The notes beneath the pieces are model-generated. The model saw nothing but the letters and a program-made list of their open reading frames with translations. It did not search any database and had not been told where the DNA came from. A DNA stretch of 62,864 nucleotides. Source: an uncultured bacterium (GTDB taxonomy: Bacteria; Patescibacteriota; Microgenomatia; UBA1400; PJMF01). The translations under genes were made by a program, and so were the position numbers. This document shows, piece after piece, positions 18,401 to 30,400 of this stretch (the first letter of the stretch is position 1; the number at the start of each line of letters is the position of its first letter). The stretch is from NCBI GenBank assembly GCA_903959355.1, contig CAJBWJ010000025.1, positions 1-62,864 on the forward strand, written 5' to 3'.

Positions 18401-21400
18401 ATTCTAAAATCGTCATCTTTAGAATAAGTCTTCATCAAATTCAAAATATAATCAGTGCTAGTTTTTGATAAACCAGATTTATTAGCATAAAGATTTTCAA
18501 GAATGATGGCCATCGACTCTGCACTCGCACTTCTAGCATATCCGTCTACATCTTCTGTATAATATAAAATTCCATTTATGCCTATTTCTTCAAAATAAGC
18601 ACTCATGTCTTTTTGAGTAGAAGCATTAACAAAATCAACAAGTATAGATGTTGCTTCTTCTTCTGATTGAATCAGCATTGCTTTCATAAGTTGCGCAATA
18701 ATTCTGTCTTGACCTTTTGGAGCAATTTGCAAAGCTTGTTCTAAACTAATATTTTGCGATTCAAAATACCTCATCACCGCCATAGCCACTGGCACTTTAA
18801 TTGTTGAAGCAGCATGAAAAGATTTATTTTCCTGGTAAGAATACCCTGCTTCAGTTGAACCAATCTTATGTATGTAAGCTCCCCATTCTCCAGGAGCTTC
18901 TTCTAATATTCCTGTAATTTCTTGCTCTATTGCCTTAATTTCTTGATCACTTAGAGATGATTGCTGTGTTGGAATCGCATTTACTGCTGGAGGTGCAACG
19001 ACGGTTGGAGCTTTTTCAACTACTGGAGGTTGCGCAACAACTGCTGGAGCTTCAACAACTGGAGCTTGCTCCACAGGAGCTTGTGCTTGTGGAGCTTCAA
19101 CGGTTTGAACAATGGCTGGTTTATTGTCTACTGGATTCACTTTGGTACCCTGAGGAACCACTGAGAAGTAAACAATTGAGGCAACAACCATTGCAGACAA
19201 AACTGCCGCAACAATATTTCTTGGTTTACGAATGTTTAATTTTGGCAAATTAATTTTTGAAGCAAATCTCTTAGCAGCCGCCTTCTTAGCCCATAAATAA
19301 AGACCGGTTCCAAAGGTTCCAAAACCAACGGCTGCTGCAGCTGCATTGCGACCCAAACTCTTCCTGAAGTTATTGAGTCCATTACCTAAACTCTTAAGCG
19401 TTTCTGCTGGTTTAAATTCTTTTTTGTCTGCAACTGGAGCGATAGCGACTGGAGCAACACCACTAATTTCTTGCTTCTTGGCTTCTATCAAAGAAGTGAG
19501 TTTATCAGCCTGCATAATTAATTTGGCAGCACTGGCACTTGAAGAGTCAAAAGTGTATGGCTGACCAGTTAGAGTTATGTATTCAGAAATGAGAGTCTCT
19601 GCATTTGTTCTCAATTTACTCATGTAGTCACTTCTTTTTTGTAGAGTGTCAGCAAAAGCATTAATTTTTTCAAGAATATTATCTTGATTAAAATCGGAAG
19701 TCATTAAATAATCCAAGCCATCTACAACTCTCGCTAAATTACGATTTAATTCAGACAAAGACACTGAGCCGATTGATCCCTCAACTTCAAAAGCAGCAAT
19801 AACTGGCTGAATTTCTGTTAAAGCCAATTCTAATTGTTCTTGTTGTTTATCAGAGATAAAATTAGTTCTCATCTGTCTAACAATTTCTCTAATGCCAATT
19901 CTTAGAGAGTCTCCAATATATTCTTGACTACTCTTTTGTAATTGGACGTCTTTCAATGTTTTTAATTCTCCAGCCACTAATTCTTCTGTCAGATTTCCAG
20001 CATCTTCTTTAAATTCAGCCCATTTTTTAAGTTTCTGAGTCATTTCTTCAAAATCAGTCTTAGCTTGAGCATCTAGAGGAATGTTTTGTACTGGAGTAGT
20101 TAGACCAGGTAAACCAACGGCTTTAGTTATCATGAAACCATCGGCTAAAGTTTGACGAATAAATTGAGTTGCTTCATAGACAGACTTTATGGCTGAATTA
20201 GTATCGGCTAAAGTTTGCCTAATCAAAGCTTCACGTGCTCCAACCCAAGCATTTAAATAAAGTTGAACACATTGGTTTTCCCAACCATGATCATAAATTA
20301 CTTGGCTACGAATATCATCTAATTGTTTAATCGCAGCCTGTTTTTTGGCTGCAGCTTGCTTGTCAAAATCCACAGCTTGCTTCTGATTACCTGCGGTTCT
20401 GGCAGCAACAGCTTGTTTACTAAAAACATCAGCCTCAGCTAGAAGACTGTCAGCAAGTTCTACACCAGCTTTGGTTTGTTCACGAACGAGATCACAGTCG
20501 GAACAGAGACTGTTTAAATATGAACCAGCTTCATCTAACAAATTGGCAGGAGCAGTATTTAAAGATTGTCCCTGAAACAAACTTTCCAGATAAGTAATTG
20601 CGTCATTCAATTTGTTTACATCTAATAAATTAATGGATTTTATTAGAGACTGAACCAATAAGGAATCTACTCCATTGATTCTTTGTAAAGCCAACTTGAA
20701 TTCAAAAAGTCTACTTCCAAGACTTGTTGGATCATAATTAAGTAAAGATTTGGCACTAACATATTTCATGGCTTCAGCAAATGTTCCCACAGAACTGTGG
20801 GTAAAAACTCCAGCATCAGGTACATAAAATTGATTTGTTACTCCATCAAATTCAGGATTACTAACTAGTTTCTCCAAGTAATGAGCTAATTCATGAACTG
20901 AAACTCTTGTGTAGTTACCTGCCAAACTTCTTTGCAAATAAAAGGTTTTTTTAGTTGAACTAGCATTACTATTGTCATATCCACTAAAAGCTCCAGCAAA
21001 ACCATCTACTCCTTCTACAAAAGCAACTTCTTCTATGCCAAATGTTTTTGCAATTTCCAATATTTTCTTTCTAGCAAATTCTTCACTAGCTGTTAAATCT
21101 TTGGCAACATATTTTTCTGGATCTTTAAAGAAACTGTCCATTCCTACATAAGCATTGACCATGCTGGCCGCTTGAGCAACACGAGCAGTGTCAACCTCAC
21201 TCAAAGGCTGTTCAGAAACTTGTTCCACTTCAATTCCCAATTCTTTGGCCATTTCCATTTCTTTACTTACTCTAGACTTAGTACCCAATTCATTGGATTT
21301 TTTAGCAATTTCAGCTTGAACTTGTAATCTTTTAAGCAGCATGCTGGTGGTTTTTTTAGAATCATCAGTAGTTACGTTTAGGTTTAGAATCAACTTCAAA

Positions 21401-24400
21401 ATGCCATTTTTCCAATCCATCTCTTCTTGATTAATTAGAGATTGCAATTCTTCAGTAGATAATTCATCTATTTTTCCATCATTAATTTTTTTAATAATGC
21501 CTATCAATTCAACGTCCTTCCCCAAATCAAAAGCGTAAGAATAATTTGGTGACGAATACCAATCTAAAGGTAGAGAAGTAAAAACAAATTGTGGATTTGT
21601 TTGAGTAATTGCTTTTTGAGCCAAAGCTTTAAAGAAAGCTATTGCTAAATATTTTTGAATTTGTGGCAAATAATAAGATTCATTCTCAAATGATCCTCTA
21701 TTACGAATAAGTGGTAATGGAATTTGAATATTAAGATGCAAATCACTCACATATTTTCGTAAATCTTTTGGAATTAACTTTAAATATTCATCTTTTATTT
21801 CCTTAACTCTTAAGCCATTCCTATCAATAATTTGAAGAGGCATATCCTTGGTTTCATAAATCTGAATCTTTCCTTTGTTGACAACTGTTTTTGTATCTTT
21901 ATCGAATAAATTTAAATCTACATCGGCAAGCAACTTCTTTCCCTCAACAATTAATTCCTCTTCTTTTCCATCTGCTGCCTTAATATAAATTTTGAAATTA
22001 TCATTTTGAGACATACCAGCAAACATTTTCCAAGATTGTCTGGAAGAAATAGCCTCAAATTCAGGAATTGTATTTTCAGCATATTTAATTCTACGCACCG
22101 TTACTCCAGTTGGTAAATTTTCTCCAGCAAGATCTTTAAATCCTACTAAGACTAATTTTTCTGGATTTCCAGCGTCATTCTTTTTAACTTCAAAGAAGAA
22201 TTGATAGGCTCTATCTTCATTGACACTAACTATTTCCACCTTATCTACTCCTTCAAAGATTGTGTATTTACCTGTGCCAAAAAAGCCAGCCAAATCAATT
22301 TGTTGTCCGATTGATTTGGTAGATTTTGGAATAAGAAGAGCTATCTCATCAAGCGCTCCAGTTCCATTGTCATAAGCTTCTTCCACATACTCTCTGATGC
22401 CATTTCTAACTCTTAGATAAAAATCAACCACTAGCTTTCCAGCACGACCCCTAGTAGCGTCTTTTGCATTCTGAGTAATTTCAGCAGTATGAGCATCACC
22501 TTCTCTTTGCACTGCAATGTTCTTTAAAACTTCAGATTCTAAATTTTCATCAATTTTTGGAACATTTGTGGCAAAACCAGTAACTAATTCTTCTAAATTA
22601 TTAACAGGTTGAGACAAACTGCCTTTGGCCTGATTCATTTTGATGATTTGAGAAACTTGAAGACCTTCTTCTGGTAAATTAATATCTCTACCAGTGGCTT
22701 GCTCTCTGTCATCAAGTCTAAGCTGATCAACATCTCTACTTAAAAATATAAATATAGATCTGAGATCAGCTGGGATATTATCAATATCTTCTTTGCTATA
22801 TCTTCTTAAATATATGTCTAGAAGTCTTATATTTGATTTAAAAGAACCGACAATCAAATCAAAAAATTTCTTTCTTTCGCCTGATCTTAGGGCCATTATC
22901 TTTGCAATTTGTTGGCTTACGATTTTTGGATCTGACCATTCTCTCCCTGCAATTTCATCAAAGAATGCCGAGATGTGCAGAATTTGAGTGTAGCCATATC
23001 CTTCATTTTCCAAAGCTTCGATTAAAGGCCTACATGCTCTGTTCATATCAATAGATTTTTGTCGCAAGAATGGAGTGATGTAAGCAGACAAAGATAAATC
23101 GCTAGTTTTTATATCTAAAATAGTGTGGTCTGCTTTCATAAATGAAAAAAGAGAAAGACTCAAATGTTGATAAGCATATGATTTGTCATAAGGTTCAAGT
23201 GAACCGTATCTTTTATTGAAATCTTCCAAGAAAGCCTGCATATTTGGAATTTTGTTGGCATTTTTAATTGCCATATCAATTGGACCATTGCTCAAATCAA
23301 TTTCTGAACCGTTTGTTGCATAACTTAGAACTTGAGATTTGAGATATTCTTCTTGTTCTACATACATTTGCTTGATACTAGAAATAAATTCCTGTCTATG
23401 TTCTTCAGGAACTGAGTTCAAAATTGGCATGTATATATTTCTGAATTCTTGAATATATCTATCTCTGTTTTCTTGATTTTCACCAATAATTTTATTTAAT
23501 ATATCAGCTTTATTAACACCATTGATTTGATTAAATTCAGTTAAACCTTTTGTTTCTAGACTTTCCTTTGTATCGGCACCACTTTTAAGATCATCTATTA
23601 TTCTGCCAAGTTGGGTTTGATTTATTTCACCATGAAAGGTGATTACAACTTGTTTATTATTTTTATCTTTCAGAAGTACAAAAGAAGTTTGATTTGTGCC
23701 ATAAATATTACTTTTTATTACGATAGCATCACCATCAGAAACCACAGTTATATCCCCTTTGGTAAACTTAGGATCAATGCTAACAAGCTCTGAATAACCA
23801 TTTCTTAAGTCAAAAATTTCCATATTTGGAGATTCGCCAACAAACAAAAATCTGCCTTCAGGATCCATTGTCGCCTTGGAGACAATCCTTGAAGTTACTT
23901 TCCCTCCATAATTTAGGGTTATGTTTACACCAGCAGTTCCATAGCTAATTATTCTAGGCACTCCATAAGCGTCATCTAAATGTGACAATGATGCACTTTT
24001 AGAAAAGTTAATCATTTGAATATCTTTTTTCTGATTCTCATTCGTCACTGTTCGATAGATATAAGAAGAAAGCTTATCATTTTCTATTTCAATAAAACCC
24101 TGATCTTTCAAGTTAGATTCATTAAGAGTTGGAGCAATGAATGCAGTAGGATCAGCAGTAAACACAAAATTACCTCCAGCATCAAATAAAGCTCTACCTT
24201 TTGGAAAATCTAGTCTTATTTCAGCACCGCGAAATTTATCTATACTATAAGGACCAGGAGGATCATTAATTGTGAACCAAACTTTAAAATCATTTTTGTT
24301 CAATGATTCTATAAGATTCTCTTTGAAAGTATCAAATTCACTTGTCAAAAAACGAGGATCGTCAATCATTTGCGGGAAAAAAACTTCTACAATCTGACCA

Positions 24401-27400
24401 TTTATTATTCCAAAATAAAAAAGTCCATTTGGACCGCTCACGATATCATCAAAACCTATTGAATAACCACCATAGCCAATTGTTTTATTAAGATAAAAAG
24501 AATAAAAATGTTTTTTGCCATTTTCAATAATAATTGCATTTTTTTGTTTAGATTTTAAAAATGAAGAGCTTGTAAATTCTATTTCTTCTTTGAGAAGAAG
24601 AGTGTACTCATTACTAAATTGTAAAGTTGAAAATTCATTTTGGTCATAAGCTGTTTTTGTATAATAGTTACTTCCACGAGAGTTATATGAATAAACCCCA
24701 GCTTCAGCGCCAGATTCAAGAATTAGTGCGCCACTTTTAACATCTAGAACTCCACCATTTTGATCAACTAATATTTCACCAGTTGGAGCGCCAGTAAATG
24801 GCTGAAGAGTTTTTTTATAATTAGTATTGGTAGAAGGATTTACAAAACTACTTGAAAAATCGTTTGCTAAAAATTTATTTACAATATCTGAATCAATATT
24901 TCCCTCGTCTACTTTTACATTCAATTCGTCTTTCGTAATTATTTCTACATCTTCTATTCTCAAATTCTGTTCCACAGAACCAATTTCATAATCAGTTACA
25001 ACCTGATCAGCTGTTATGATATCTATTCTTTCTGCTAAATCTAAAAATTCTTGTTGCTCCTCAGTGTTTAATTCTCTTTGAGATCTTAAGTCATTTAACT
25101 CAATAAATCTAGCAAATGCATAAACATTTTTTGGTAAAACGACCATCGATCCATTCTTAATTACTGGCAAACGATCAATGGCTGTATTCAAATGCCAGGC
25201 ACCATTGAATGCGCGTGCTAAGCTAGTTGCATTGTCATCAAAATCAACAAACACTAATGGCAATTTGCTAGCACCACCAACAGTAATGTTGCTAACTATT
25301 TTTGCTCCTAAATAATTTTTCAAGTAATAAGATTCATTCCAATCAAAGACATCCTTATTTAGAAAAACAGTTTTATTTCTATCAATTGCAATTGATGAAA
25401 AGCTGGCCTCATCAGTAAAAATTAAATATCCATCTTTTCTTAGAGATACCAATATATCTTTAATTTTATCTTTTGTAGCACCTTTGATACTGTTAATTGT
25501 TTTTTTATAACTTGGATTACCACCTTCCAAAAATTCTATTCCAGCAATAATGGTGTTTATATATTTTATTTTTTCTAAAGACTGCAGCTCACTGTTTGAA
25601 ACAATTCGATCGACCATGTCATCTATGGCAACTTCAAAATTACTCATTTTACCTGATTCAGACTTTGAATTAATTATTAGGCTATCTCTGGACTCTGGAA
25701 CTTCAACTAAGTTAGCCAGTTCTAATAATAGATTGCCGGACACTAAAGAACCTTCAACCTTATTGCTTGGTAAAACAAAAGAAACAATTCCTTCTCTATT
25801 TCTAGAGAAAATAATTCTTTTTTCTTCATCATTACCTAATTCTTCAAAAATAAGTCCTAATTTAGTCTTTTCTTGCTCAATTTGCTGTTCATTTAAAGGC
25901 TCGGTAACTTTGGAGCCTTGCTTTGGCACAAACATTCTGCTTAAAAGAGCTTCGTTCATGCCAGTACCGTTATCAATTATTTCTATCGAATTAGAATTAG
26001 CTTTAACGTAAACAACATTATCTTTTGGATCATTAACTATGCCACCCTTGCTATAAGGAATAATGCTTCTTTTTTTGTTGTAACCATTTATTAATTTGTA
26101 ATCATCTCCTCCAAAGCTAGTAAATATTTTTAATCCTGGTACAAAAGAGTATTTATTACGAACTCCGCCGACAATCTTTTCTTGTGAAATAGTTTTTACA
26201 TCGTTGAGCTCACTATTTAATTTCGCGATATCGTCTTTAACGCTTAATTTGATCTTAGTGCCATGATCCAAATCAAAAGCAAAATCTCTCTTAGCATCAT
26301 CTTTGCTAAGTTTTTTCAAACTAATGTTATATCCGGATTCATTTTTACTTACACGGAGATAAAGAACACTCTCTGATCCAGCAGAAGTAGTTAGAACTTC
26401 GACATTGTCTTGACCATTAGTATCCAACCAAGCCAAAATTTGTTTAATACCTTTACCAAATTTACCAATACTATTACCTATCCCTGGAATAGCATCTATG
26501 CTATTAGCAACTGCTTCATAAATTGATTGCTCCATTGAAGAACCACTTTGTTGATTTATTTCTACCGAAACTCTTGGATCCAAATCACTACCTGGGACAA
26601 CTTCTTCAACGCCAGCAATTATTTGTACGATGTCTTTTCTATAAGAAGAATCTAGTAAAATACCGTATATATCTTCATAAAGCTTGGTCTCTGAATATGT
26701 ATTTAATGGTAAATTTGTGGCTTTTGCCAAATCAAGAATTTGTTGCTTTGTTAAATTCTTGAGAGCTAAATTGTTTTGAGCGACAAGAAATAAATTGTAA
26801 TCTACCCCTTGATTAGAACTACTAGTTTCATCTGTATTTATTAAACTTTTAATTTGCTGTATCTGCTCTCTTAAAGAAATCTCGCCAGCATCTAAATTAT
26901 AATTAAATTTCTTTTTTGTGGTTGTAAGATAGCTTTGAGCTAATTGCTTTAATTCACTTCTCAATGAAGTTAAATTTGCTTTAACATCAGTTAGTTGTTT
27001 GGCAAAATCTTTAATTTCTGTCCACCACTTCTTATTTTCTAATTTAGAATTTTGGAAAAATTTTGTTGCACGGTCAACAGTTCTTAATGCTTCATTGATT
27101 TCTCTGAGACTTAAAGAGCCAATCATGCCTGGCTGTCTCAATTTGGAAAAGACTGGGTCGTATTTTTTTACAAAATCAATTAATTTTGTATTACTTTTTA
27201 CTGCATTACTTGCTTTAGATTTAAAGTCATTTACATCTTTAAAACTCGCACTATCTTGATTAATGATAATCATGCCAAGAATATCTTCAGTGGAACCTTG
27301 AAAAAAGACATAATCCAAGCCAGATGATTTTTCTAAAGCATCTATCTCAATAATTAAATTAGATAAAATATCCAACTGCTTCTCATAGTCACCAACAGTA

Positions 27401-30400
27401 ACAATGTTCACATCAATTCCTAATGATTTAAAGAGCTCAGAAATTTTTGTAAACTTTCTTTGTTGATCATTCAGCCACTGATTGGCATCTATCTCAGTTT
27501 TCCATGAATTAACTAAAGAGCTTTCAGCACCAATTTGCACAGCTTTATCACGAAGTGCACTGAGAGCTATTCCATCTTCTGGAGAATTATTTATTTGATC
27601 ATTCTCATTGACATATGATTCATTCATTTGTTGCAAATCAACAAGTGCTTTTTCAAGTTCGTCGGCAGTCATAGCAGCTAAATCATATTCAAGAATTGCA
27701 CCCTTAGCCTTCAGTTCTTCCATTATTGGATTGATTTTACCTATGAGTTCTTTTTTACGATTTGTTTCTTCCAATAGTTTTGAGGCATCATCTAGAGCAG
27801 CTTGGATTTTTGCAGATAAATCAATGGTTCTGTCAGCTATACTCAACAAACCATTTAAAGAAACAAAGTTTGGAGTAATCTTGCTTATATTCAAAATAAA
27901 AGCATTCCTAGTAAATTTATGTTGATTAAATGCTTCTAAAACTAAATCAAGCAGTTTCTGACTAAGAACAGAGACGTCACTTAAGGCTTCGTTTCCTAAT
28001 AAGAATGGTTTAACTTGAATACCTGCTTGTCTAAATGAATTCAAGAAATTGGACACTTCTCTTTGAGCATCGAGAAGTGCTTTGGCTTTTTGTAAAAGCG
28101 CTGTTGACTGCAAAAGACCATCCTCTAAACCAGTTATTGTTTGATTAGTATTTGCCTGAGCGCTTAAAAGATTGGCTACGTTTAAAACTGATAACTGATC
28201 TTGTAGCTTAGATCCAGAATTAGCTGCAGCATCAGTGTCTAAATTATTTTTTTCAATTTGTTTGTTAATTTGACCAAGCTGTGCGCTTATGTTTTCAAAT
28301 TCTGAACGCAATTGACTTAGCTTTTGTCTACTAGATTCTGATTGCTCATTAGCTTCAATTAATACATCAGATAACGGTCTAGCCAAAATTACTCCTAATT
28401 GTTGCTTTGGAAGACCAGCTGCAATCGCCACATTTAATTTTTCTATTCCTGGAACTGTTTGAGTGAAAGTTCTCCCTCTGCTTTTGCCTTTCCCGTATTT
28501 ACTGTCATATGATCCAGAAAGTGCGCCATCAACATTAGTTACTCTTGAGTCTTTTGGCACTGCTGTCTCACTGTGACCATGCACTAAATGCTCTGCATTG
28601 TAAGTTTCTAAGAAATAAGAGACATCCCCTGCTAAATCGAAACCTTCTCTTTTAGTTAGATCATGCAACAATAATTCCAAATCTTTTAATCCCGATTGAT
28701 TGCTCATTATTGAACGTATTCTATTGTTTACATCTTGAACAGTTTTTCCATACGCTGTGTAAGCAGTGGTATCACTATGAAAACGTAGAACGCCATCATC
28801 TATAGTCATAGCATCTAGATTCATAACCCAATTTGCTAAATCTGGATGATCAAAAAGATAAATCACTTCTTCTGGAGTAATTCCTGGGTTCATTCCAGTA
28901 AAACTTCCTGCCTCTGCAGCAGTGTTTTTATCAACATTTGGCCTATTTGCTAATATATCTTTCATTCGCCAATATGCAAAAATAGCATTTATATCGTGAT
29001 TTCCAATTAATACCTTAACTCTAGGAGTTCCGTCAGCAAAATTTCCAGCTTGCTTTTGCAAATTCATGATACGCTCTGCTGTTTCAGCAGCGCTGACACC
29101 AGCTGGAGCACGATCAAATAAATCTCCGGTAAGAACTAAGTAATCAGTCGGCCCACCAATCCATTTTTCATTACTATCCAATAAAGGTTTGCTTATTCTT
29201 TCTCCGCTTTCGTTCGTTGAGCTTCCACTAAGCAATCCAACTAAAGCCTTCCAGTCTCCGTGCACATCTCCGATGGTAATGATGTCTCGACGAGTTACTT
29301 CATCTTCCTGCAAGGATATCTGCAAACGATTGGTAGCTGTATGTCTGGCAACAAAGAAATCTTCTGTAACTGTACCTAAAATATCTCTTATATAGCCATC
29401 AGCTCCTTCTGGATCATTTTTAAATTCAGGAAGATAACTAAACTCTCCAACCACATAACTCAAAGCTGGCTGTAATTTATATCTAGCAAATTCTCCTTTA
29501 ATTGTTTGCGTGATTTGCATGCGCACGGCTGCTAAATCTTTATTATTTTCTCTGCTAAGAGAAAGAGCTAACGTACGCAGAGATTGATTAATATTTTTAT
29601 CTAATTCTACGACAACCTTATCTCTAATTTTTTGTGCTGCTGCTGCCTGCTGCTCTTTTGTGAAAGCTGGCTTTATCTGACCGGATAAAGCGGTAGCTTG
29701 ATTGGAAATTTCTTTAGATCTAATCAAAAACTCATCTCTTTGGCCTTGGAGTTCTTTTAGCTTGGCCTGTAATTGAGTGGTGTTGTTTTTAATATTTTCT
29801 AATTCTTGGTTTATCTCTCCAGAGAGTTTTATTTTTTGCTCTAAATCTTTTAAAATTGCTTTCGCATCACTTATTTGCGAATTTAAATATTTCACTTCAG
29901 CATTGATATCTCCATAATCTTTAGCTAAAGTATCAAGTTGAGTTTTTTCTTCTGGGCTCAATATTGCAATTCTATTAGTTGGAACAGTTTTTAACTTAGA
30001 AGCTAAACTAGAAACTGCTTGTCTAAATCCAGCAGTTTTTTGCCAAAGTTGTTTAGCTCTATCCGATAATTGCTTGATTCTTTCTGATAAAGAAACTGAC
30101 GAAGTTTTGTTATTTTGAATTTCTGGTACAGATTGAGTGCCAGCATCAGCAACAGGCGCTAAATTTTCTTTTTTATTTTCCAAAAGAGCCTTTGCTTCAT
30201 TCCATGCTTTAAGAGCTCGATCAGCACTAACATTAAGTCCTCCAGCTCTCTCAGGAATACTAGCCAATAATCTGCTTACTCCACTTCTTAAATTACTGAG
30301 ATGAGTGCTTAAGCCAATTTGCACATATTTGACATCGTCGGCATATTTTTCTTTAACTACAGGAATTGCTTCGGCAGTAAAATCTTTTTGATTTATGGAT

